64,000 nt of DNA from Dehalococcoidia bacterium (lineage in GTDB: Bacteria; Chloroflexota; Dehalococcoidia; GIF9; AB-539-J10), in NCBI GenBank assembly GCA_007129495.1, contig SKVJ01000021.1:39806-103805 (forward strand), in the 5' to 3' direction. The notes beneath the pieces were generated by a model that saw only the letters and a list, made by a program, of their open reading frames with translations, did no database searches and was not told the DNA's origin. Shown in pieces: positions 55,500-64,000 of this stretch; within the stretch, counting starts at the first letter, position 1; each line of letters begins with the position of its first letter. The position numbers and the translations under genes are program-made.

Positions 55500-56159
55500 C
55501 TAGTCCTCAACGGGAATGTCTTCAACCAGGTTCAGACGCGCTACCCACGCAGCTAACTGCTGGCGATTTCGCAGATCCAGCTTGGTGAGGATATGACCGA
55601 GGTGTATCTTCACTGTGTGCTCAGAAATAGATAGTTCATCTGCAATCTCCCGGTTCGTAGCACCACGGGCAACAAGCAGTGCCAGTTGGTGCTCGCGCGG
55701 GCTGAGCTTTGCCAGTGGTTCGATCGGTTCACTACTGATGATGGCCGGGTTCCACAGAAACTCGCTCGCTTTCGGAGAAACAACAGTTGAGCCGAGAAGC
55801 AGGAGCCGCATCGAATCGACGAATAGATCGGGTGCATCGGCATAGGAAAGACATCCTCTGGCGCCGGCCAGCATCGCCTGATGCGGAAGGGAAGAGTTGT
55901 GGTTAAGATCGGTCAGTACCACGATGGCACGATGCTTGTCGTATGCCAGTGTACGGATAGTGGACATGTCATCTCCCAGGAGTGACGGATGCAGGATTAC
56001 GATTGCAGGATCGTGTTCTTGGATCGCGTGGAATAGCTCGTCCAATGTCGTTACGTGATGTGTTACCTGATAGCCGCGTTCCTCAAGTAAGCGGATCAGA
56101 CCCGCTACAAACAACGCATGCGGATGAGCCAAGAGGATGGTGCCTGAGCGGGTGCTCAT
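55500..56159 (-). CDS. LuxR/NarL-family regulator with degenerate receiver domain (paralog C)
   Basis: 219 aa. The HTH is LSPREHQLALLVARGATNREIADELSISEHTVKIHLGHILTKLDLRNRQQLAA. The REC-like N-terminus reads ILLAHPH, and the phospho-acceptor position reads VILHPS (His instead of Asp). Confidence 0.85.
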   Translation of the reverse strand: MSTRSGTILLAHPHALFVAGLIRLLEERGYQVTHHVTTLDELFHAIQEHDPAIVILHPSLLGDDMSTIRTLAYDKHRAIVVLTDLNHNSSLPHQAMLAGARGCLSYADAPDLFVDSMRLLLLGSTVVSPKASEFLWNPAIISSEPIEPLAKLSPREHQLALLVARGATNREIADELSISEHTVKIHLGHILTKLDLRNRQQLAAWVARLNLVEDIPVED

Positions 56160-57223
56160 ACTGTTGGCGTCTCCACAACTCTCGCGACTCTCGTATTGCC
56201 TGACTTGCTTCTGATTGCCGTGGACCCCCGGGATCTAAGCCGTACATAACCCAGTGTATCCGATTGGAACCATTTCTACTAATCACGCGTGCAGGAAGGG
56301 CCGGCACCATGCTTCCTGAGTGCGTGAGACTATCATGCATTCCGGGAGGCAGCCGCGAAGAGGCTGAGAGTGATGCCCCTGAAACTCTGCGCGGAAGCCC
56401 GTGGGCAATGCGCGCTGGCGATGTGGCACGCATTCGTTGCAATTACTGCATATGACACCCGGCACGCTGAAGATCGAGGAGCGAGAACTCAGGACTGTAT
56501 TCTGAGCTATTCTGGACATCCGACCGGCCGTAGAGACCTCGCCCTTGGCTGAAGTTGATATTCACGCTACACTCATGCGCCTGAAAACAGTGACTGATTT
56601 GGTGCAGGGAGGGTACGATGACGCAATTGGATCCTGTTGTTCAAGCTCGACTGGTCGAAGCCACAATTAACCTTCTTGGCAGCTCTCATGCCCGTCTGAG
56701 AAATGAGGATCATGCCAGGAAATATATCTTGAGTTTCCGGTTTGTGTACTGTGGTCTGGCGGCTGCGGTGGCGAAGGGGGAGTCTCCTTCCGACGATGGT
56801 GTTGAAGAGTGCTTCCATCAGCTGTCTCAGCCACGTCGTACACGGCGGGCCAGGCCAGAGTTGACGGGTTAGAGTAGCCCGCTCCTGAATGGATGCAGGC
56901 ATAGCGTTCGAGCGTGTTCGTCGGGAGTCCCTCGCTTCTGGGCTTGAACTACCGGCAGATCGATGCGGGAACTGTGAGTCTGGCTTCTCTGCCCTGTGAC
57001 TGTCGGCTCTCCCTTGGCCGGAATGCGTGCTAAGGTGTTACTGTTGTGCCCGGCAACCGCAGTCTGGATGCGGTGTCTCTTGATGACCTTCCCGTTCTCG
57101 CCGACATCCTCCGGGCAGGCATAGGAAGCGTCATCTGTCGCTACGGTGGCGATGCATTTGAATAATACGCGTTGCATGCCAGCACTATTGGACAGAGCGT
57201 AACGCACTCACTTGCGGCATATA

Positions 57224-58198
57224 TTATCGCTGGATTCCGTAGCTCTCTGCGTGCTCACGTACCTCTGAAACGAAATCCTGGACGATGGCATCGACGCTGT
57301 TGAACCTCGGCTGCCAGCCCCATTCATCACGTGCAGGTGTGTCGTCCAGGGCATCGAAACGCATGGTGGCGAAGTAGTTGACCACTACGGGATCTGGATT
57401 GTACGTAATCACGGCGTCGGGGATTACCTTTCTGATCGATGTCTCGATCTCACGTGGTGTGACGGAAACGTTCACGCCGGCGATGTTGTAGTTCAACGTT
57501 CTAATGCGTGACATTTCGGCGTCCGCCACAGCGCAGAACGCAGCAGCAGTATCCTTGAAGTAGATCAACGGCAACCCCCGATCCGGTGGCCCGTAGCACT
57601 CGTAGGGTCTGCCCAGTGCAGTCTCCTGAATCATCCATGAATTGTACTGCCCGATGGCACGCGTTTTGATGCCTGGACCAACAAGGGATGGGATGCGGAC
57701 GGAGCGGAAGTCCGTGTCAAACTTCTTGCGGTAGAACCTGCCAAGCATCTCGCAGTAGACCTTGCAGCTGCCGTACATGGTGGTGGGCCGCTGCAGCGTC
57801 TTGTCTGTTATCTTCGGTTCATCCTCAATGTCCAGGCCATAGGTACTGGTCGTGCTGGCGAGTATGAGCTTGTTGGGACCGAAGAGACGGGAGGCCTCAA
57901 GCATGTTCATTGAGCCGACGACATTGACCTGGAAGGCAGCCCAGGGATTGGCTTCCGATGGCAAGCTCAGCATTGCCGCCAGATGGTAGATGCAGTCGAA
58001 GTGGTTGTCCTTGAATACATTCATCACCTCGGGCCAGTTGGTTATATCCGCGATCACTATTCTCGGTTTGGTCAGAGCGTTTTCCCAGCGATTGGTGTGA
58101 ACCCTGTCAAGAATGACCACCTCCTCACCGCGTTCAAGGAGCTGGTCGACGAGGCAAGCCCCGATGAATCCTGTGCCTCCGGTAACAAGCTTGGCCAT
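57224..58198 (-). CDS. NAD-dependent epimerase/dehydratase (extended SDR)
   Basis: 324 aa. Contains the Rossmann motif VTGGTGFIGACL and the catalytic YGSCK motif. Confidence 0.88.
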   Translation of the reverse strand: MAKLVTGGTGFIGACLVDQLLERGEEVVILDRVHTNRWENALTKPRIVIADITNWPEVMNVFKDNHFDCIYHLAAMLSLPSEANPWAAFQVNVVGSMNMLEASRLFGPNKLILASTTSTYGLDIEDEPKITDKTLQRPTTMYGSCKVYCEMLGRFYRKKFDTDFRSVRIPSLVGPGIKTRAIGQYNSWMIQETALGRPYECYGPPDRGLPLIYFKDTAAAFCAVADAEMSRIRTLNYNIAGVNVSVTPREIETSIRKVIPDAVITYNPDPVVVNYFATMRFDALDDTPARDEWGWQPRFNSVDAIVQDFVSEVREHAESYGIQR

Positions 58199-58452
58199 GG
58201 TGGAACCCCCTTTGTTTGATGTGTTATTTACTGCTGCCTGTAATTCACCTGATTTCGGTCTGGATTATGGTTCCCCACACCACGCGGATTGCTTTCCGCA
58301 CGGTATTGGTCGTCTCAATTAGGCCTGGCTATTATCGCACGTTCAGCCGTGGTAGAGCACGATGCCGCCCGGCAAAGCTTGGCCGCAGTGACAACCGCAC
58401 TGCGGTTGTGAGTTGCTGAAGTGCAGGCTGTTTCCGGCCATCCAGGCGAACG

Positions 58453-59253
58453 CTAGGTGATCGTCTGCCCGTATACATGACTGCGCGCCACCTGTACGAT
58501 GATCGCCACGCTGACAACGCAGATGCCGGCGATTGTCGCGGCAACAACAGCCTGGTCAGGTGTAACGGGGTCGCCAAGCCGCTTCATCAGGATTCCGAGG
58601 AGCGCCCACACAATAACAAGACAGAAATAGATGTCCTGCCTTCTGATTGCCATCGCAAGGGCTATGGCTATTCCGACCGTGACAACCGCGACTGTCCAGA
58701 ACTGCGGATCCAGTCCAAGAGCGTCCCATTGGATCGAGACTAACAAAGCTGAAACGTTTGCAATCGTAGCAATGGTGATCCAACCCAGATACACGCTGAA
58801 CGGCAGATGGACAAGATACTTCTCACCCCGGGTGACACGAGTTACGCCGATGCCGAGTCGAAGATAGATCGCAAGCAGGCAGGCAAGCAGCAGGAGCATG
58901 AGGATGAGAGATAACGCGAGCACCTCGTAATGCCAGGCGAATATCCAGCCGGCATTGGCCAGGCAGGAGACGAAGAACCATATGCCCACCTTGTCGGTAA
59001 ACGAGCGCACTCCGCTGTCTTGTCGTGAGACCACCCATTGGTATGCCACAAAAACAGCGAGCAGAAGGTAGATGACCCCCCAGATCGAGAATGTGAATCC
59101 TGCCGGCACAAACAGGTTGTCGTACCTGGCGGATACCTCTCCGGTGGTGATGTCGTTGATGGGCAACGCATTTGCCAGCGTATTTATGGTAACCATCACC
59201 AGGAATCCAAGCGTGTTGAGTGCGGGCAGTCCATATTTGCTTTCTCTCATCAA
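58453..59253 (-). CDS. TspO/MBR-related tryptophan-rich membrane protein
   Basis: 266 aa. Contains ALPINDITTGEVSARYDNLFVPAGFTFSIWGVIYLLL and about 7 TM helices. Confidence 0.6.
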   Translation of the reverse strand: MMRESKYGLPALNTLGFLVMVTINTLANALPINDITTGEVSARYDNLFVPAGFTFSIWGVIYLLLAVFVAYQWVVSRQDSGVRSFTDKVGIWFFVSCLANAGWIFAWHYEVLALSLILMLLLLACLLAIYLRLGIGVTRVTRGEKYLVHLPFSVYLGWITIATIANVSALLVSIQWDALGLDPQFWTVAVVTVGIAIALAMAIRRQDIYFCLVIVWALLGILMKRLGDPVTPDQAVVAATIAGICVVSVAIIVQVARSHVYGQTIT

Positions 59254-59265
59254 TACATCTCCCGT

Positions 59266-60036
59266 TCACTGATTGTGATAAGTCAGATACATGAAGATGG
59301 CACCACACGCGGCCACGTTCAGGGATTCTGCTTTCTCGCGTACGGTGGGGAGCCTGACTCTGTAATCGGACATGCTTAGAACTGAGTTCGAAAGCCCGGA
59401 TGCCTCGTTTCCCAATGCGAGCACAAGCCTGCTTTCGCGGCGTAGCACCGATACATCATCGAGGCCGTGGACATCTGCGGCTACCAGAGAGTAGCTGTAT
59501 TGTCGCAGTTCCTCCAGCAGTGCCTCGTAGCGTGAAGTCCTCCGCATCCACAAAGATAACACTGTGCCTGCGGTCGACTGAACGCACTTGGGAGAGAAGG
59601 GGTCGGCGCAGTGCTCCGTGAGAATGGCTCCGTCGAAGCCGAAAGCCGCCGCTGTGCGAATGAGTGCACCCACATTGCCCGGGTCCTGTACGTGTTCGAG
59701 CAGCAGGATGCGGTTGCCAGTGCGTACCGGTAACTTGTCGGCATATGCATCTGTCGGGAGGCGGACGACGGCGAGGGTGCCTTGGGGAGTCTTGGTTGAG
59801 GAGATGTAGCGCAGGTGATTCTCCGTGAGCAAGCGACTCGGATAGTTGTGAAAGCGAGGTGGCAGATTGTCTGTCGAGAGCAGTTCAAGTATCTCATCCG
59901 GGCCGGCTCGCACAATCTGTTCGATGGCCCTATCACCCTCGACGAGGAATGCGCCGGCTTCCAGTCGTCCCTTTCTCGTGGCCAGGTTCCTGTACCACTT
60001 GAGTGGCTTCAATGTGGGAGTGGCATCAGTTGGCAT
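59266..60036 (-). CDS. TrmH/SpoU family RNA 2'-O-methyltransferase
   Basis: This is the C-terminal 256 aa of ORF 59266-60408, starting from the internal ATG 60036 (MPTDATPTLKPLKWYRNLATRKGR). SpoU motifs are LLEHVQDPGNVGALIRTAAAFG, LALGNEASGLS and ESLNVAACGAIFMY. Confidence 0.85.
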   Translation of the reverse strand: MPTDATPTLKPLKWYRNLATRKGRLEAGAFLVEGDRAIEQIVRAGPDEILELLSTDNLPPRFHNYPSRLLTENHLRYISSTKTPQGTLAVVRLPTDAYADKLPVRTGNRILLLEHVQDPGNVGALIRTAAAFGFDGAILTEHCADPFSPKCVQSTAGTVLSLWMRRTSRYEALLEELRQYSYSLVAADVHGLDDVSVLRRESRLVLALGNEASGLSNSVLSMSDYRVRLPTVREKAESLNVAACGAIFMYLTYHNQ

Positions 60037-60257
60037 CAGCGGCACCGTATCATGTTGTGTCGGTTCATGGCAACGGAACTGGCGTTTTATCTGCGGGCAC
60101 ACCTGTGTCGTTCTGCTGTCCGGCAGGCCTTCGGCCATGTGCCTGCACCCACTGCCGGTTGCGCTGATTACGCAGGTGGAATCGGTTCTTCGGCCGAATA
60201 CTTGGTCCACCGAGTCCATCCAAGGACTCGGCGGTAGCGACAGATCAGGCGTACGCG

Positions 60258-60699
60258 CGCCCGGTTTCTCCACAACACGCCGTGATGCGATGTTGTCCGG
60301 CACGATTACATTGCAACAGATTGTGTAGCCACTGTTGCGTATATAGTGGAGGGCTTCGCTGAACCTGTAGGTAGCGATACCACGGTTTTGGAACACTGGA
60401 GAGGTCAAGGCGTTTCCTGTGAAGCAGTGTCCTCTTTCATACGGGACCTCAAAGTGAATGTGGCTGAAGGCACGCTGGGCATTGGCCGAAAAAGCGATCC
60501 AGTCGATACTCGCGCACGAACGGTCGACGTAGGTACATGTAGCGACTGCACCTTGCTCTAGCCTCCGGCGTGCGGCTGGAATCGCGGTGCGAAGGTCTTC
60601 GTATCCATGTTGGATCAGTCTGTCCGCATCGTCGTTGCTCTCGATGCTGTGACTTTCACACCGCTCAACAGGGGGTTTCCAGGGAGGGTCCCGCGCGGC
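60258..60699 (-). pseudogene. GNAT acetyltransferase-like remnant lacking a start codon, in frame with the downstream TrmH gene
   Basis: The frame is open from the TGA at 60700-60702. It encodes ...VFQNRGIATYRFSEALHYIRNSGYTICCNVIVPDNIASRRVVEKPGA (GNAT motif A/B-like). There is no ATG/GTG/TTG before 60408 and no stop before the TrmH coding part. Confidence 0.45.
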
Positions 60700-60880
60700 T
60701 CAGAGGCAACTCATACACGTACAAGACCTGATGAAGATAGATGCAGTGCCGATCCATCCGGCGACTGATGTCACCGACCGATGACTCCTGGTCTTCTAGC
60801 TGAGCTTGAGCCGCACCCGGCATGTCAGATAAGCTGTGTCAGCCGGAATATGGCTGGTGAAGCTGTGGTTAAGGGGAAGT

Positions 60881-61888
60881 ATGTCGGAATTCAGGCTTGA
60901 TCCCACCACCCGCGAGTGGGTGATCATAGCGTCGGAGCGGGCAAAGAGGCCGCGAGATCTCATGTCGCGCGCTCCCCATCCTCAACCGGAGGCACACCTT
61001 ACTGAGTGCCCCTTCTGTCCGGGCAATGAGGAGCAGACAACGAATGAGACGGCTTCGTATCCGGATCCCGCCACCGGTTTGTGGCGCGTCCGGGTATTTG
61101 AGAACAAGTTTCCGGCTGTCAGTCCTGACGGGTTAGCGGATAGGGTTGAGGACCATCCCCTTGCACTTAGTGTGAAGGGTGTGGGCATGCATGAAGTGGT
61201 AGTGGAATCTGCGCTGCATAATCGCCTGCTCGGCGAGATGGAAGACGACGAGATATTTGACGTGGTCCGGGCTTACCGCGACCGTTTGCGTGAGTTGCAT
61301 ACCCAGCACTTCGTGCGGCAGGTCATCATCTTCAAGAACCACGGGGTATCAGCCGGCACGTCGCTGGAACACCCGCATTCACAGATCGTCGCGACGCCTG
61401 TGGTGCCGCGATATCGCAGGCACCAATACGATGTCGCTGTCCAGCACTTCGATGAGCGTGGTCGCAATCTCTATCTCGACATAGTCGAGTTCGAGCTCGA
61501 GCGGAGTGTGCGGGTGATACGCGAGAATACGTCGTTCGTGGAGATACATCCCTATGCATCACGCCGTCCGTTTGAGACGTGGATAATTCCCAAGACCCAG
61601 CGGGCGTCGTTTGCTGAGGTGTCTGATGAGGAGTTGCGGCAGTTCGGCGGCGCACTCCGAGACTCCCTGCACGGCTTGCTAGTTGGGCTCAACAATCCGG
61701 ATTTCAATCATATCCTGTATACGGGTGCACTTGGCGATGAGAATGAGCCGCATTTCTGCTGGCATCTGCGGGTGTATCCTCGGCTCACTGCGGTTGCCGG
61801 ATTTGAGATAGGCTCAGGGATTCACATAAACTCAAGCGTGCCCGAAGACACCGCCCAGTTCATGCGAGGAGTTGTGTCATCGAAGTGA
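60881..61888 (+). CDS. galT: galactose-1-phosphate uridylyltransferase family (GalT / NDP-sugar phosphorylase, HIT superfamily)
   Basis: ORF 60836-61888. I moved the start to ATG 60881 (MSEFRLDPTTREWVIIA). Contains the zinc motif CPFCPGNE and the active site HPHSQIVATP. Confidence 0.85.
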   Translation: MSEFRLDPTTREWVIIASERAKRPRDLMSRAPHPQPEAHLTECPFCPGNEEQTTNETASYPDPATGLWRVRVFENKFPAVSPDGLADRVEDHPLALSVKGVGMHEVVVESALHNRLLGEMEDDEIFDVVRAYRDRLRELHTQHFVRQVIIFKNHGVSAGTSLEHPHSQIVATPVVPRYRRHQYDVAVQHFDERGRNLYLDIVEFELERSVRVIRENTSFVEIHPYASRRPFETWIIPKTQRASFAEVSDEELRQFGGALRDSLHGLLVGLNNPDFNHILYTGALGDENEPHFCWHLRVYPRLTAVAGFEIGSGIHINSSVPEDTAQFMRGVVSSK

Positions 61889-61918
61889 GGAGTACATTAG
61901 TGGAAGGAGGTAAGGGTA

Positions 61919-63142
61919 ATGAATCGTCGCATAGTTACTATCGATGATTACGAAAAGCATGTAGGTGCCGAAACCATCGCTCGGATCAAGAGGAAGGCGG
62001 AAGCCGTCAAAGACCTTCGTGTGGTGAATATAAACTCCACCTACTATGGTGGGGGTGTCTCCGTGCTGTTGGGGTCGATGACCGTCCTGATGAACGGCCT
62101 GGGCATCGAGACCGGCTGGCGCACAATCCACGGGCCCCCCGATTTCTTCAGTGTCACCAAGAAGATGCACAATGCGCTTCAGGCTGGTGAGATGAACTGG
62201 AGCGAGAGAAAACAGGAGATCTACGAGTACGTTAACTACGAAAACGCCATCATCAATCACCTTACGCATGACATCGTCATCGTGCATGATCCGCAACCGC
62301 TGCCCCTGATCAATCACTACCGGAAGATTGGGCCGTGGATATGGCGGTGTCATATCGATCTCGAACAGCCGCAGGGGGATCTATGGTCGTATCTCACCAG
62401 GTTTGTAGACCAGTATGACGCGGTTATCCTGAGTAACGAAGCGTATGCGCAGAAAGTCAACACGCCACAGGTGTTCTTCATGCCTGCGATTGATCCCTTC
62501 TCGATTGTGAACTGTGACATGGACGACGCCGCGTGTGAGGAGAGGCTCCGGCACTACTCGATACCCACAGATCTGCCTCTGATCGTGCAGGTGTCACGGT
62601 TTGACCGCTGGAAGGATCCTGAAGGAGTTATCGAGGCGTTCAAGATAGCACGAAAGGAGGTGCCCTGCCGACTGGTTCTGCTGGGTAATGTCGCGACTGA
62701 CGATCCTGAGGGACCTGAGGTATATGACTCCTTGCTGAGTAATGAGTCCGATGAAATCATCATCATGAGTCAACAGGATGGCGCCCTGGTTAATGCACTG
62801 CAGCGCAAGGCCGCAGTGGTGATGCAGAAGTCAATCAGAGAGGGCTTCGGACTCACTGTCTCCGAGGCCATGTGGAAAGGTACTCCTGTTATCGGTGGGA
62901 ACGTGGGTGGCATCAAATTGCAGATAGAAGACGGAGTGAATGGATTCCTTGTGAATTCAGTTGAGGAGGCGGCATCTAAGCTCGTAACACTGCTCCAGCA
63001 TCCGGAGAGGTATGAAGAGGTAGCCGTAAATGCGAAGGAGACGGTCCGGGAGAAGTTCCTGCTAAGCCGTTACGTGGAGCAGTATCTCGATCTGTTCAAT
63101 TCATTCGAGACGGCATTCAAGTTGAAGATGCCCCACAAGTGA
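61919..63142 (+). CDS. treT: trehalose synthase TreT-type GT4 glycosyltransferase
   Basis: 407 aa. It is collinear with archaeal TreT as recalled: VNSTYYGGGV, FFSVTKKMHNALQ, VHDPQPLPL, GPWIWRCHIDL, VSRFDRWKDPEGVIEAF, DDPEG, SIREGFGLTVSEAMWKGTPVIGGNVGGIKLQI. Confidence 0.8.
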   Translation: MNRRIVTIDDYEKHVGAETIARIKRKAEAVKDLRVVNINSTYYGGGVSVLLGSMTVLMNGLGIETGWRTIHGPPDFFSVTKKMHNALQAGEMNWSERKQEIYEYVNYENAIINHLTHDIVIVHDPQPLPLINHYRKIGPWIWRCHIDLEQPQGDLWSYLTRFVDQYDAVILSNEAYAQKVNTPQVFFMPAIDPFSIVNCDMDDAACEERLRHYSIPTDLPLIVQVSRFDRWKDPEGVIEAFKIARKEVPCRLVLLGNVATDDPEGPEVYDSLLSNESDEIIIMSQQDGALVNALQRKAAVVMQKSIREGFGLTVSEAMWKGTPVIGGNVGGIKLQIEDGVNGFLVNSVEEAASKLVTLLQHPERYEEVAVNAKETVREKFLLSRYVEQYLDLFNSFETAFKLKMPHK

Positions 63143-64000
63143 CTATCGTTGCGCCGGAATAGCCAGTGAAATTGACCCTTCCGGTGGCATCACTGGGATG
63201 GCTTCCAGGTAGTCGCGGCAGTGTTCATGGATGGCGGCGAACTCGGATCTGAGTTCGCCGACGACGTCCGCCTCGGCCGCCAGTTGTGCACGCAGAAGCG
63301 CTCTCTCGAAATGATGGGCGTTGCTGTTGCCGTGCATGATTTGCACGACGCCATTAACGCCCCACAGCAGTCCGCCGCCTGCGCTCTCCGCGCGTGTCAG
63401 CCTGGTGAACCGCGCCATCTGAGATAGCATCCGGCGACCTGCGCCGTCTATCGGCAGGCCGTCGATCTGTTCTGTCGCCCAGCGTGTAAAACAGGGCCCC
63501 AGACTTTCATAGAACTTGAGCAATACGTTGCCTACGATACCGTCACAGACGATAACGTTTGCTTTGCCGGTTAGTACGTCGTAGCCCTCGACATTGCCCA
63601 CGAAGTTGAGGCCGCTCTGACGGAGCAGCGTGTAGGTCTCCTGCAAGGTCTTCGGACCCTTGCCCTGTTCTGTGCCAGTGCTGAGCAAGGCAACCGTAGG
63701 CTCCGGAACGCCCAGCATGCGTCGTGCGTACACAGTGCCTATTGCGCCGAAAGACAGCATATGGCTCGGTTTGCAGTCTACGTTCGCTCCGCCATCAATG
63801 AGCACGGTCTTTGGCGCCAGACCCACGAGCGGAACACACACCGCCGGACGTCCGATGCCCGGCAACATGCCGAGATAGTAGATGGCGCTCACGGATGCAG
63901 CACCGGTCGAGCCCGCACTCACGAGCGCATCAGCCTCACCGTCCCTGAGCAGCCTGGCGGCGACAGCTACTGAGCACGATGCCTTGCGGCGTAGTGCATG
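63143..64000 (-). CDS. plsX: phosphate acyltransferase PlsX (5' end beyond right window edge)
   Basis: The frame is open to position 64000 (HALRRKASCSVAVAARLLRDGEADALVSAGSTGA...). Contains LIDGGANVDCKP and VCDGIVGNVLLK. Confidence 0.9.
   Translation of the reverse strand, partial: HALRRKASCSVAVAARLLRDGEADALVSAGSTGAASVSAIYYLGMLPGIGRPAVCVPLVGLAPKTVLIDGGANVDCKPSHMLSFGAIGTVYARRMLGVPEPTVALLSTGTEQGKGPKTLQETYTLLRQSGLNFVGNVEGYDVLTGKANVIVCDGIVGNVLLKFYESLGPCFTRWATEQIDGLPIDGAGRRMLSQMARFTRLTRAESAGGGLLWGVNGVVQIMHGNSNAHHFERALLRAQLAAEADVVGELRSEFAAIHEHCRDYLEAIPVMPPEGSISLAIPAQR

Noticed and set aside
56618-56872. 84-aa plus-strand ORF behind GGGAGGG in the 1-kb spacer right of regulator C
   Set aside because: It has a plausible RBS and helical composition, but no recognisable domain, and it overlaps the possible integrase-like remnant on the other strand. 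The evidence is insufficient to call a gene.

Overview
Chromosomal segment of a moderately GC-rich bacterium with anaerobe-type, ferredoxin-centred gene content. The taxon cannot be assigned from the sequence alone. I support about 60 protein-coding genes and saw no rRNA, tRNA or CRISPR array. Main blocks, left to right: a two-component system (1-1333); a delta-alpha-beta-gamma 2-oxoacid:ferredoxin oxidoreductase (3962-6699, minus) with an Isf-type flavoprotein; a glutamine-synthetase-family gene; a 585-aa orphan with a transglutaminase-like Cys/His core behind a ~690-nt leader; trmO; nickel-pincer cofactor genes larC-larB-larE with no larA in the window; a GerW/YtfJ - DUF2953 - GerW-like - coiled-coil cluster; mntP; a translationally coupled dnaJ / TIM-barrel / class II photolyase operon; a gamma-delta-alpha-beta por/vor-type oxidoreductase (30364-33267) preceded by an orphan intrinsic terminator; flavodoxins, Usp and an EncFtn-like ferritin; GNAT + M20 peptidase + GloB; DUF362 + a small ferredoxin; MATE, RraA-like, panB and an MBL hydrolase; galT-like + treT; and plsX, cut by the right edge. 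The least ordinary region is 48.3-57.2 kb. It holds three paralogous LuxR/NarL-type regulators with degenerate (pseudo-)receiver domains, separated by 0.3-1.4 kb spacers with no convincing ORFs. They surround a secreted transcobalamin-like protein (alpha/alpha-toroid repeats + DUF4430 + Ig-like domains) and a membrane-anchored Ig-like partner, and gene remnants sit at both edges. Other points for follow-up are a promoter-to-terminator candidate sRNA (3531-3720), two candidate structured leaders (9.7 kb, 30.1 kb), and several decayed or frameshifted genes. All family calls come from reading the translated ORFs and recalling family motifs. No database search was run.
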